DNA of 60,292 nucleotides, the filler included, from Deltaproteobacteria bacterium (lineage in GTDB: Bacteria > Myxococcota > JACRCW01), in NCBI GenBank assembly GCA_016218805.1. It is 4 parts of 4 records of this genome, joined end to end, with 100 filler letters (N's around TTAATTAATTAA, not from the genome) between each part and the next. Parts side by side here need not be neighbours in the genome. Positions count along the whole stretch, not along the records: positions 1 to 27,271 come from JACRCW010000165.1; positions 27,372 to 37,484 come from JACRCW010000029.1; 2 more parts are not named here. One strand, given 5' to 3'. Shown one piece after another: positions 19,204-28,544 of this stretch (the first letter of the stretch is position 1; the number at the start of each line of letters is the position of its first letter). Below the pieces are notes generated by a model that searched no databases, was not told the origin of the DNA, and was given only the letters and a program-made list of their open reading frames with translations. The translations under genes and the position numbers were made by a program.

Positions 19204-19626
19204 ATGGCCCAGGGCAGGAAGGGAAGGGAAGCGGCGGTCCAGGTGCTCTACCAGGCGGAGGACGCCCAGGGCGCACTCCCGGCAGATGCGGCGGAGGCGC
19301 TGGAGCGGTTCTTTGCGCACTTTGAACATGACGAGCAGGGCCGCGAGGACGCGCGCGCCATCGTCAACGGCGTGTGCGCGCAGCAGGCGCGCCTGGACGA
19401 CCTGATCCAGCGGCATTCCAAGAACTGGAAACTCAGCCGCATGGCCAAGGTCGACCGCAACGTGCTGCGCCTGGCCACGTGGGAACTGCTCGCGCGCGAG
19501 GCGCTCCCCACCAAGGTGGTGCTCAACGAGGCCATTGAGCTGGGGAAGAAGTTTGGGAGCGAGACGAGCTCCGCGTTCATCAACGGCGTGCTGGACCCCG
19601 TGGCGCGCGAGGTGCGCAAACCGTGA
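19204..19626 (+). CDS. nusB: Transcription antitermination factor NusB
   Basis: REAAVQVLY, NWKLSRMAKVDRNVLR, NEAIELGKKFG, FINGVLD. Confidence 0.97.
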   Translation: MAQGRKGREAAVQVLYQAEDAQGALPADAAEALERFFAHFEHDEQGREDARAIVNGVCAQQARLDDLIQRHSKNWKLSRMAKVDRNVLRLATWELLAREALPTKVVLNEAIELGKKFGSETSSAFINGVLDPVAREVRKP

Positions 19627-20150
19627 GCCGCCCGGGCCGGAAGGACCGTTCCACCACCGCCACGGCGACGCCGGCGGCGGCGGAGCCGCGCGCGCACGCC
19701 GCGCACCTCCCGCCGGTGGGGACGCCGGCCACCCTACCGGCGCTGGACGGGCTGGACGTGGACACGCTGGTCCTGTTGTGCGCGGAAGATGAACGGCCGC
19801 TGCAGGGCATGGCCGGCCTGCTGGACTGGCGCATGTGCGGCTGGTTGTCCGCGCAGCTGGCCCAGGGGGCGGTCACCGGGAAACCCGGCGAACACGTGCT
19901 CACCTGGCCCGCGGGCCGGGTGGCCGTGCCGCGCGTGATCCTGGTGGGCACCGGGCCCGGGGCGCAGGTGGCCGCACGCATGGACGCCCTCCTGGTGAAG
20001 GTGGGCCTGCTGCTGGCCAACGCGGGGTGCCGGCGCGCCGCGGTGGGCGGCGGGGCCGTGCCCGGTGCGGTCATCCAGGAGGCGCTGGGACGCGCGGATG
20101 CCGCGCTCAAGGCGCGCGTGACGGTGGTCCTGGACGGGGAGCCGGCGTGA
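19623..20150 (+). CDS. Stand-alone peptidase M17 N-terminal-like domain protein
   Basis: EDERPLQGMAGLLDWRMCGWLS...GKPGE..L and RVILVGTG motifs; no catalytic M17 domain present. Confidence 0.7.
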   Translation: MSRPGRKDRSTTATATPAAAEPRAHAAHLPPVGTPATLPALDGLDVDTLVLLCAEDERPLQGMAGLLDWRMCGWLSAQLAQGAVTGKPGEHVLTWPAGRVAVPRVILVGTGPGAQVAARMDALLVKVGLLLANAGCRRAAVGGGAVPGAVIQEALGRADAALKARVTVVLDGEPA

Positions 20151-20719
20151 CGGTGCGCGCGGCCTGGGTGGCGCTGTTCATCGCGCTGCCGCAGGCGGCG
20201 CACGCGGGCCACACGCACTACTGGACCTGGCTGGCGCCGCCGGACGCGCACGCGGTGGAACTGGCTGTCGCCGGGATGCAGCGGCTGGCCGCCTCCCGCC
20301 CGGACGTGGCCGTCACGCTGGAGCGCGGCGACGCGGGCACCGTGGGCATCACCCTCAACGGCGTGGGCGCGGATGCGCATGAGCCGTTTGTGTTCCCCGG
20401 CAAGGACCGGTTCAACTTCTGCAAGACCGCGCAGAAACCGTACGACGACGTTGTCACCGCTGCGCTGATCCTCGCGCGCGACCACTTTGATGCTTCCGTG
20501 CTGCGCGTGGAGTCGGATGGAGCGTGGGAGGCGGGCGCGTGGGTGGCGGGTGCGCAGCTGTACCGCGAGGTCACCGGCCGGGACGCACGCAACCCGGTGT
20601 CCGCGCCGTCCGCGGAGCGCTTGCCGCCGGCAGATGACACCCGGCTGCGCGTGGACGGACGGTGGTTCCTGGTGCTGGGCCTGGGGTTGCTGGCGCTGCT
20701 GCTGTGGCGCGCCGTGTGA
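20147..20719 (+). CDS. Exported, C-terminally anchored protein with GxTHYW...FCKTxxKPYD domain
   Basis: GTG 20147; signal peptide ending AHA, GHTHYW, HEPF, FNFCKTAQKPYDDVVTAAL, ESDG, and a C-terminal TM helix. Confidence 0.7.
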   Translation: MTVRAAWVALFIALPQAAHAGHTHYWTWLAPPDAHAVELAVAGMQRLAASRPDVAVTLERGDAGTVGITLNGVGADAHEPFVFPGKDRFNFCKTAQKPYDDVVTAALILARDHFDASVLRVESDGAWEAGAWVAGAQLYREVTGRDARNPVSAPSAERLPPADDTRLRVDGRWFLVLGLGLLALLLWRAV

Positions 20720-20727
20720 CACTGCCG

Positions 20728-21552
20728 TCAAGCGCAGCGGGGTGCGGCCGGCACGCACGAGACAAACCAGTTGTCCGGCAGCATGCAGTCCCGCTGCGCC
20801 GCCGCGTCGGTCGCCTCCAGGCAGGCCTGGAACCACGCCGGCGGCTTCAACTCGCATTCGGCCAGCGCCGGATCGAACCGGTCGCAGCAGTTGGGGCAGG
20901 CCGTGTCTGACCGGCGCTGGGCGTGCAGCGCGGTGGCGCCCGCCCCCAGCAGGAAGGTGGCGTTGTGGATGACCGGATCACCGTAGTTGCCGTGCGTGCT
21001 CAGCTGCGCGGCCCCGCGGGAGGCCAGGTGCTCCAGGATGCAGGTGGCGGCGGCGTCGTAGCCGGGAACGCCCCTGTTGGCGTCGTATGCGTCGCACGGC
21101 AACGGAAGTCCGCATGTCGTCATGGCCGCCAGTTGGCGCTCGCCCCAGCAGGACCCGCCCCGGCAGAAACACGCGCAACCCTCAGGCTCATCCTGCGCGC
21201 CGGTGCAGGCGGTGAACCCCGCGGGCGCCATGCCGGAGCGGCTGTTCTGATCCCCGGGGCAGCCGATGCTGTGGAACTGGAATCCGGCGCCCTGCGGACG
21301 GAAGAACGCCGCACGCGTGTATCCCACGTGGTCCGCGCGCTCCGCGCACAACCCCGGCGCCGCCGCCTGGTTGCACGCCAGCGCGTTGTCCACGACGACC
21401 GGGACGACCCACGGGCACCCGGCCTCCATGCACGCAACCGCGTCCGCGTGGTCCGCGCACGGGCGCGCGGCAGCGGCGTCCGGACCGCCGGTGAGCGGTC
21501 CGCTGCTACAGGCCGCAAGGAGGAGGCCGGCAAACGCGCATCGCATGGCCAT
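20728..21552 (-). CDS. Cys-rich lipoprotein of unknown function
   Basis: Lipobox LAAC and more than 20 Cys. Confidence 0.7.
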   Translation of the reverse strand: MAMRCAFAGLLLAACSSGPLTGGPDAAAARPCADHADAVACMEAGCPWVVPVVVDNALACNQAAAPGLCAERADHVGYTRAAFFRPQGAGFQFHSIGCPGDQNSRSGMAPAGFTACTGAQDEPEGCACFCRGGSCWGERQLAAMTTCGLPLPCDAYDANRGVPGYDAAATCILEHLASRGAAQLSTHGNYGDPVIHNATFLLGAGATALHAQRRSDTACPNCCDRFDPALAECELKPPAWFQACLEATDAAAQRDCMLPDNWFVSCVPAAPRCA

Positions 21553-21577
21553 GCCTGCAGACTACCAGCGCCCCCGC

Positions 21578-23644
21578 TCATGGCCGCTGCCGCATCTCCT
21601 GCTTCACCCGCGTGGCCAGCTCCGGCGCACCGGGGAAGTTGCGGAAGATGTTCCGGCGCTCCCGCGGGTCCGTGGTCAGGTCATACAGGTAGTAGAGGTC
21701 ACTCCGCTGGCGGTAGAACATCTTCTGCCCGCCAATGAGCGCCATCATCGTCGCCGGCTTGCAGCCTTCGGCCAGCACCCAGCGCGCGGCATCCGCCTCA
21801 CCACCGTGCAGCACCGGCGCCAGGCTGCGTCCCTCCGGCGGGCGGCCGCGCCACGGGATGCCGGCCAGCTCCAGCACCGTGGGCCCCACGTCCAACAGGG
21901 ACACCGGGGCGTCCACCGCGCGCGGCGTGATGCCCGGCCCGTGGAACACCAGCGGAACGCGGATTTCCTCGTCGTGGAGGCTGTTGCCGTGCAGCGTGGT
22001 GCCGTGTTCGCCAAAGGCCTCGCCGTGATCTGAAAACAACACCAGCAGCGTCCGGTCCGCGCGCGGGTCTTCCCGCAGCGCCTGGACCAGCCGCCCCACC
22101 TGGTGGTCCATGTATGCAATCTCCTGGTCGTACAGGTCCGCCGGCGCACGCCCAAACTTCGCGAACCCGCGGTGCGTGTCATACGGGTGGTGCGCGTCAA
22201 TGAAGTGGAACCAATGGAACGTGGGCCGCCCGTCGTCCGGGCGGGCCAGTTCCTTGAGCGCCTGCTCCGCCAGCACCTCAGCGTAGTGGAAGCTCCCATC
22301 AAACTTCTCAAACCCGCGGTCCACGCCCTTCAGATAGTCCCCAATGACCGGGAGGAGCCCGCGCGTGTGCCAGCCGCCTTGGCGCAGGCGGGATGCGAGG
22401 GTGACCACGCCCTGGGCCGGCAGCGTGAACACGTCCCCGTCACGGCGCAGTCCGCGCAGGCGTGAGGGCAGGGTGCTGGTCAGGATGCCCATGAAGGACG
22501 CCGCTGAACACGGCGCACCCGAGTACGCGCGCGCAAACCGCACGCCGCCCGCCGCCAGCGCATCCAGGTTGGGCGAGGTTGGGTGGCGCGTGTAGCCCCA
22601 CGCGCCCAGGTGGTCCGCGCGGACGGTGTCCAGGCTCAGGAACACAATGCGCCGCAGGCGCGCTGGGTCAGGTCCCCCGTCCGGAATGCCGGCGGGGAGA
22701 ACCGGCGGCACCTCCGGCTCTTCTGGCAGCGGCTCGTCCGCGTCGGGTCCGGGCGGCGGGGTGTCGTCGTCAACGGGACCGCGTACCAGGAGCCAGGCGG
22801 CGCCCGGGGTGGGCTGCAGTTCCAGCGCCGCCTCCCGCGTGGCGGCGTCCGCCAACGCCGCGTTGCCCCACGCACCGGCGGCCAACGCCGCGGCCAGCAC
22901 GGCAGCCAGGCGCCCCGGGGTGGCCACCAGGTCAACCAGGCGCGCGCCCGGACCCCACGCGAGCATCAGCACCGCCAGCAGCGCTCCCGCCGCGGCACAC
23001 GCCCCCGCCACCCACGGGCCCGCGTCCAACCGGTACAGGAACGCGGCCAACGGCGCGCGCAGGGCAAACCCGGCGGCGCCCACGCCCACCATCAGGCCCG
23101 CCAGCATGCCTGCCACGGAAACCACGCCCAACTGCCGGTCAACCACGCGCCCCCGCCACTCCACCGCATCTTCCAGCGCGTCCCGCACGGCAGGGGCCGC
23201 CAGCCGCAACGCCAGCGCCAGTGCGCCCAGCACCAGCACAATGGCCAGGGCCTCCAGCCCGGGCCGGTGGATGCGCCCCGCCAGCACGCGGACCGCGGCG
23301 TTGCCCACGCCAAGGAACGCGCCCGCGCCCAGCAGCGCCGTCGTCACTGCGGCCACCTTTTCCGTCTCCCGGTGGCGGCTCTCCACGCGCAGCCAGCGGC
23401 CCAGCGTCACCAGGCTGGCGCGCAGCGGTTCATTCCAGTTCAGACCTGCCAGCACCGCACCCAGCCACGCGCCGGCCACCGCCCCACCCGCCACGGCCAG
23501 CGCCATCCCCGCCAGCAGCGCCGGCAGGAGGAACTCCCGCCCGTCCAGCAGCCCGCGCACACACTCCAGCGCGCTGGCCGCCAGGCCGCCAGCCATGCCC
23601 GCGAGGACGCCCGCAGACAGGCGCTGCAGCCGGTAGGCGGTCAT
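21578..23644 (-). CDS. Membrane-anchored sulfatase-like (alkaline phosphatase superfamily) enzyme
   Basis: N-terminal TMs, then SLDTVRADHL, TSPNLD, DAHHPY, YDQEIAYMD, SDHGEAFGEHG, VPLV. Confidence 0.88.
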   Translation of the reverse strand: MTAYRLQRLSAGVLAGMAGGLAASALECVRGLLDGREFLLPALLAGMALAVAGGAVAGAWLGAVLAGLNWNEPLRASLVTLGRWLRVESRHRETEKVAAVTTALLGAGAFLGVGNAAVRVLAGRIHRPGLEALAIVLVLGALALALRLAAPAVRDALEDAVEWRGRVVDRQLGVVSVAGMLAGLMVGVGAAGFALRAPLAAFLYRLDAGPWVAGACAAAGALLAVLMLAWGPGARLVDLVATPGRLAAVLAAALAAGAWGNAALADAATREAALELQPTPGAAWLLVRGPVDDDTPPPGPDADEPLPEEPEVPPVLPAGIPDGGPDPARLRRIVFLSLDTVRADHLGAWGYTRHPTSPNLDALAAGGVRFARAYSGAPCSAASFMGILTSTLPSRLRGLRRDGDVFTLPAQGVVTLASRLRQGGWHTRGLLPVIGDYLKGVDRGFEKFDGSFHYAEVLAEQALKELARPDDGRPTFHWFHFIDAHHPYDTHRGFAKFGRAPADLYDQEIAYMDHQVGRLVQALREDPRADRTLLVLFSDHGEAFGEHGTTLHGNSLHDEEIRVPLVFHGPGITPRAVDAPVSLLDVGPTVLELAGIPWRGRPPEGRSLAPVLHGGEADAARWVLAEGCKPATMMALIGGQKMFYRQRSDLYYLYDLTTDPRERRNIFRNFPGAPELATRVKQEMRQRP

Positions 23645-24447
23645 CGCGCGCTGACCCGCCGGAGCACCAGGTCCACCACAAGCGGCAGGTGGTCGGACGC
23701 GGCCGAAGGCTCCGCCCGGACCTCCGCGCGCACCCGCGTCAGCCCCGTGCCCGGCCGCAACAGCGCGTGGTCCAGCGCGCGGGTGGGGGCGCGAGCAGGG
23801 TAGGTGGCTACGGGCGGCCCCAGGAGCGTGAGCGACTCCGCCAGGATGGCGACGGGCGGTTCGGCGGGGGTGGCGTTCAGGTCACCCAGCAACAGCAGCG
23901 GCGTGTCCGCACGTCCCACGTCCAGCAACGCCTGCTGCAGCGCGCGGGCCTGCAACGCGCGCACCCGCGCCGGCTCCCGGGCGTGCCAGTCCGCGGCCAG
24001 GTGCGTGTTGACCACCGCCCACTCCAGCCCGCCCACGCGCAGCGATGCGATCTGCGCGATGCGCGGCTCCTCGGCGTGCAGGCGCGGCAGGCGCACCGTC
24101 CGCAGCGGCGTCAGCGTGCCGCGCGCCAGCAGCGCCAGGCCGTACTGCCCGCCGTCATGCGGCATGGCGCTCACAAACTGCGCTTCCATCCCCAGCGCCC
24201 GCCCCAACGCGCGGGCCTGGTCCACACCGCCACTGCGCGCGGTGCCGGCGTCCACTTCCTGCAGCGCCACCACGTCCGGCTGCAGCCGCCGCAGCGTCTC
24301 CACCACGCCGGGCAGGCCGCCGGAAAGCGCGGCAATGTTGTATGAGACGGCGCGCAGCTCCACCGCGTCCCCGTCCGCCGCCGCGCCCGGTGCCAACGCC
24401 ACCAGCGCCGCGCACCACAGCGCGCGCTCAGCGTGAAGGTTCACCAT
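23641..24447 (-). CDS. Endonuclease/exonuclease/phosphatase family protein, exported
   Basis: SYNI, PDVVALQEVD, NTHL, GDLN, LDH and SDHLP motifs. Confidence 0.93.
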   Translation of the reverse strand: MVNLHAERALWCAALVALAPGAAADGDAVELRAVSYNIAALSGGLPGVVETLRRLQPDVVALQEVDAGTARSGGVDQARALGRALGMEAQFVSAMPHDGGQYGLALLARGTLTPLRTVRLPRLHAEEPRIAQIASLRVGGLEWAVVNTHLAADWHAREPARVRALQARALQQALLDVGRADTPLLLLGDLNATPAEPPVAILAESLTLLGPPVATYPARAPTRALDHALLRPGTGLTRVRAEVRAEPSAASDHLPLVVDLVLRRVSAR

Positions 24448-25369
24448 CAACCTCGGCGCCGTCCGCCGTCTTCACGCGGAGCTCGGGCGGGCGGATGGCC
24501 ACGCGGGACCCGGGCGGCACGCCCTGCGTCATGAACACGTTGGCGCCCACCAGCGATCCCTTCCCCACCACCGTCTCCCCCCCCAGCACCGTGGCGTTGG
24601 CGTAGATGGTCACGCCGTCCTCCACCGTCGGGTGGCGCTTCTGGCCGCGGATGACGCGCCCCTGCTCGTCCCGCGGATGGGACAGCGCGCCCAATGTCAC
24701 GCCCTGGTACAGCTTCACCCCCACGCCAATGTCGGTCGTCTCGCCCACCACCACGCCCGTGGCGTGGTCCATGAAGAAACTCCGCCCAATGTGTGCCCCC
24801 GGGTGGATGTCCGCTCCCGTCTGGCTGTGCGCCCACTCCGTCATCATCCGCGGCAGCAGGTGCACACCCAGCGCCTGCAGCTCATGCGCCAGCCGCTGCA
24901 CGGTCACCGCCAGCATCCCCGGGTAGGCCAGGATGACTTCGTCCAGGTTGGTGGCCGCCGGATCCCCGTCAAAGGCCGCCTGCACGTCATCAATCAGCAG
25001 GCGCCGCACGTCCGGCAACCGCGCCAGGAACGCATCCGTCAGTGCCTGCGCCCGCACCCGGACCTCCTCCGGCGTGGCCTGCGGCCGGTTGGCGTGCTCG
25101 TCGTCATAGCGGATGCACGCTTCCACCTGCGCGCCCAGGCGGCGCCGCACCGCGTCCAGCGTGACCCCCACCGCGTACGCCACGTTCTCATCCGTGAGGT
25201 CCTGCCCGCCAAAGTACCCCGGGTAGACCAGCTCCAGCAGCAGCTCCACACACGCCACAATCTCCGTCCGGGACGGGATGAAGCGCTTTCCCACGCGGTT
25301 GCCGCGCGGATCAGAGCCGTAGCTTTCCAACAGCGAACGGACCAAGCCGTCGAGAGGGGCAGTGCTCAT
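24428..25369 (-). CDS. cysE: Serine O-acetyltransferase (CysE/EpsC type)
   Basis: GDPAA, YPG, DIHPGAHIG, DHATGVVVGET, YQGVTLG, KRHPTVED. Confidence 0.93.
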   Translation of the reverse strand: MSTAPLDGLVRSLLESYGSDPRGNRVGKRFIPSRTEIVACVELLLELVYPGYFGGQDLTDENVAYAVGVTLDAVRRRLGAQVEACIRYDDEHANRPQATPEEVRVRAQALTDAFLARLPDVRRLLIDDVQAAFDGDPAATNLDEVILAYPGMLAVTVQRLAHELQALGVHLLPRMMTEWAHSQTGADIHPGAHIGRSFFMDHATGVVVGETTDIGVGVKLYQGVTLGALSHPRDEQGRVIRGQKRHPTVEDGVTIYANATVLGGETVVGKGSLVGANVFMTQGVPPGSRVAIRPPELRVKTADGAEVDGEPSR

Positions 25370-25678
25370 GGCGACGGGCCTTGTAGACGGAAGGAGGGCC
25401 GGTGGCCACCGGGGGGCCAGAATCCACTGCGCGCCGGCTGCCTGATCCGTCAGTTGGCCAGCGTCCGGGAGCGGCGACGCGGTCGGAATCGGTCGCGTGC
25501 GTGGTGAGATCGGCAGGAACCGAGCCCTCCCGGACCCGGCTCGCCCGCGTCCTGCTTGGACCGGCAAATGAGGAGAACCCTCAGGTTCCCTTGGACCTGC
25601 ATGGGACCGCGTGGTTGCTGGCCACGCGTCTGGGGGATGTGTTGGCCGCGCTGCGATGTGAGCACGGCCGGGGTTGGG

Positions 25679-26098
25679 TCAGGCCGGCTTCTTGCGGGGG
25701 CCAAGCTTCATGAACTTTTCGAACTCCGCGATCCCCGCCGCAATGGCCGGGTCCCGCTTGGCGGCCTGCTGCCCACGCCCGTAGATGTCCAGCAGCGCGG
25801 ACCACACCACGGATGAATGCAGAAGGCGCGTCTCCTGCGTCATCTCCAGGTGCTTGGCCGCGGACGCTTCCACCGCCGCCAGCGACTGCCACGCACCCAG
25901 CCGCGCGCGCACCTCGGCGACACCGGTCATAACCGTCCCCAGCGCGTCCTTGTGAGCGTCATAAAAAGCCAGCATGCCGTCCACGTGGGCATCAAACCCG
26001 TCCCGCGGCTTGGGCAGCTTGGCCACCTGCGCAGGGCTCAGGTCCACCAGCTTGGAAAGGTCCACCGTCTGGGAAGTCTTCTTCTTCTTGGCTGCCAT
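25679..26098 (-). CDS. Hypothetical all-helical protein with basic N- and C-termini
   Basis: AGGAGG RBS; MAAKKKK...GPRKKPA; coherent codon usage. Confidence 0.75.
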   Translation of the reverse strand: MAAKKKKTSQTVDLSKLVDLSPAQVAKLPKPRDGFDAHVDGMLAFYDAHKDALGTVMTGVAEVRARLGAWQSLAAVEASAAKHLEMTQETRLLHSSVVWSALLDIYGRGQQAAKRDPAIAAGIAEFEKFMKLGPRKKPA

Positions 26099-26136
26099 GG
26101 GTCCTCCTGGTTGGGGAAGGCCTGAGGCAAGCACAT

Positions 26137-26262
26137 CTGCCCCACTCTGGCAATCCACTGCTGGCGTACAGCGGTGTTCTGCTGGCGTGCAGCGGTGTTC
26201 TGCTGTGGATGAGCAGTTCTCTGCCCATGGAGGGAAGATTTCTGGTCACATTGGGCAGAACA
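26137..26262. repeat. Degenerate 21-bp periodic tandem array (6 units)
   Basis: CTG recurs at 26137, 26158, 26179, 26200, 26221 and 26242; units 2 and 3 are CTGCTGGCGT(A/G)CAGCGGTGTT (20/21 identical). Confidence 0.75.
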
Positions 26263-26707
26263 GAGCCCCGTCGGTGCCATGGTCAACGGTCAGCGGCCCC
26301 GTGACAGGGGCCGGTCCACGACCGTGCGCAGGAAGTCGGCAAGGCCGCACCCGTCTCAGCGCCAGGAGGCAGTCCATGGACAGCACTTCCGACGGAACAT
26401 CAGCAAGCGGCGTCAGGGGCATCAGTATGGTCCACTCCACGTCAGACAGGTCCCGGTCAAAGTCACACGTGTTTCCAGCCACCATCCACCGCTCAACGGG
26501 TTGTTCAAGAGTGGCCGGCTGGCCGCTGGTGTCCAGGATGGGCAACTCCGTCTTCAGGGTCACAATGTCACCTTGGCAGACAGCGGGGCCGCCTTGAATG
26601 CTGGCGTAGAACTTCTTGAAGATGGCACCGTCCTTGAGGAGGACCTTGACGTTACGGAGGAGGTCCTCCGCGTCATACGCCGGTGGCCACCGCTCTGCTG
26701 TGACCAT
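26246..26707 (-). pseudogene. Probably degraded gene with QGD...NTCD motif (PemK/MazF-like fold possible)
   Basis: MVTAERW...CQGDIV...WMVAGNTCDFDR...LMPL is protein-like, then loses coherence after about 26380. Another frame gives PW..*..ADFLR. GC is lower than the host. Confidence 0.4.
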
Positions 26708-26918
26708 GGATGCTCTCCGCACGGCTTTGCGGGTGAGCGGCTTGGTGGATGCCCTGTGGCCCCCTGCTACGCACAAAGGCGTGGATAACCTCGTCATCCT
26801 CCCGCGAGGCCTCCAGCTGCGAAGCAGCACGCAGCAGGGTGTGTGCTGTCGCCAGCGTGGCCTCAACGCCAGAGGTTGCCTGCTGCACACCGGTGGCGGC
26901 CCAGGCACTTTCCGCCAT
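26673..26918 (-). CDS. Small hypothetical protein, possible partner of the downstream gene
   Basis: 81-aa ORF overlapping the next start; weak support. Confidence 0.3.
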   Translation of the reverse strand: MAESAWAATGVQQATSGVEATLATAHTLLRAASQLEASREDDEVIHAFVRSRGPQGIHQAAHPQSRAESIHGHSRAVATGV

Positions 26919-27271
26919 CCAAAACCAAAAGGTCTTCCGATAGAGGAGTCCCCCGCATCACGCCCGTGGGCGGCGGAGAGGTGGCCCTGGCGCGGCCGCG
27001 GTCGTGGGCGCGGTCGTATGCGCGGCGGGCGGACGGGTGCGTGGGGCTGCGGCGCCGCCCCGCCATGGTCACCATTCGCGTTTGCTCATCGCGGCCCCGC
27101 CGCCTCCCCTTCCTTCATCCGTCCTTTCGGTTTTCCCTTTCTTGCTGTTTGGGAACGGGGTTCCCCTCCACGGACCCAGTTGGTCCGCAGCGTATTCTGA
27201 CCGTGGACTGCCGCTGCGCTCGCCGGGGCCGGCTTTTCCAGCGTGATGCGCCGGTCAACGTGGTGGGCCTC

Positions 27272-27371
27272 NNNNNNNNNNNNNNNNNNNNNNNNNNNNN
27301 NNNNNNNNNNNNNNNTTAATTAATTAANNNNNNNNNNNNNNNNNNNNNNNNNNNNNNNNNNNNNNNNNNNN
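27272..27371. other. Artificial contig linker (N-run + TTAATTAATTAA + N-run)
   Basis: Six-frame stop linker, repeated identically three times in the window. Confidence 0.98.
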
Positions 27372-27372
27372 C

Positions 27373-27492
27373 CGCATCGTCGAACGAATGGTCTACCAGC
27401 TCACGCGCAATGAAGAGGCCCGCCGTGCCCACTACGCAGCCCGCGGACATCGACCGCCACCGAGGCGGTGGGAGCCCGAATGGGCGCCATGA
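27373..27492 (+). mobile_element. Possible C-terminal tail of a transposase (IS701-like) at contig start
   Basis: RIVERMVYQLTRNEEARRAHYAARGHRPPPR..* resembles IS701-type C-termini, and it sits at an assembly break. Recall-based and weak. Confidence 0.3.
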
Positions 27493-27605
27493 CCGCAATC
27501 ACAGTAGAGTTACTTACCCGCTCCAGAACCACAACAACCTGTCCGTGCCAGTGGCCGCCCGGTCTTTTGAACGCGTCCACCCACCGCACTGGAGTACGCT
27601 GCACC

Positions 27606-28544
27606 ATGCTCTCCACGCATCTCTCCCTGGTGTTGTTGGCGCTGGCGGCGCCACCGGACGCTGCGGCGGATGAGGCGAGTTCCGGGAGCGGCGACAGCGC
27701 AACCGGTGAATGGCCATCTATGGCGTCATGGATACCCGCCGGGTACGTGCTGGTCCCAGGGTCCCGTTACCGGACCAGCCGGGGACATGAGGTCTCCTAC
27801 CAGCTGTCCATTTCCATGTCCGGCCCGCAGTGGTCCTGGGAGGTCCATCCCAGGAAAACCACCGAGCCCCACGCGCAGGTGGGCCACCTGGCCACGGAGC
27901 TGGCAAAGAGCGGGTGGGCCGTGGTGGACAACTGGGCCACAACGTGCGGGCGGTCCAACCGGGACAAGCAGGGAAGGGTTTGCGGCCGCCGCAACGTCAC
28001 AGAGAGGGAGTGGCTCATCTGCGCGGACGCGTTCCCCGGGCGGGCAGTGCACGTGTCCTTGACGCGGGGGGATGCCACCGCGCCGGTGGATGGATTGCCC
28101 GCCACGCCTCCACCCGCAGCAGGGGTGCCGGCGTGGATGTGCGTGGCGCCGGAAAGCCTGATGCTGCAGGAGGAGGAGGGCGAGGAAGAGCGGTGCGAAG
28201 AGAAGTCCACGCTGAAGGGGCCCGTCTGGACATGGGACCTGTTGCCACAGGCCGGAAAGCCCTTGGAGCAGATGCGGCGCGTGAAGCGGAGACTGGCGGG
28301 TGCGGGATGGGTGGTCATCTCCGCCGGAGAAGGATCTTGCAGCGGGACGGGATACCTCCCGTGCGCGTCCTTGCAGACGGTGCTGAAGAAGAACGGAAAA
28401 GAGCTGCTGCTCAGGTACCACGTGGAGGGGATTTCACCCGCCAGCGTGACGCTGATGGAGGTGCGCCGGCGCGAGCCATTGCGCGCCTGCGACGACGACG
28501 CTCCCCTGGACGACAGGGTGGGCCTCGGCCGCCCTGCGGATTGA
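27606..28544 (+). CDS. Secreted hypothetical protein with internal duplication
   Basis: Signal peptide MLSTHLSLVLLALAA; GPQWSWEVHP...LAKSGWAVV is repeated as GPVWTWDLLP...LAGAGWVVI. Confidence 0.65.
   Translation: MLSTHLSLVLLALAAPPDAAADEASSGSGDSATGEWPSMASWIPAGYVLVPGSRYRTSRGHEVSYQLSISMSGPQWSWEVHPRKTTEPHAQVGHLATELAKSGWAVVDNWATTCGRSNRDKQGRVCGRRNVTEREWLICADAFPGRAVHVSLTRGDATAPVDGLPATPPPAAGVPAWMCVAPESLMLQEEEGEEERCEEKSTLKGPVWTWDLLPQAGKPLEQMRRVKRRLAGAGWVVISAGEGSCSGTGYLPCASLQTVLKKNGKELLLRYHVEGISPASVTLMEVRRREPLRACDDDAPLDDRVGLGRPAD

Noticed and set aside
26137..26262. CRISPR array
   Set aside because: Units are contiguous 21-mers with no spacers, and there are no cas genes in the window.
27272..27371. 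TTAATTAATTAA palindrome within N-runs (also 37485-37584 and 53820-53919)
   Set aside because: Artificial six-frame-stop linker; neighbourhoods across it are not biological.
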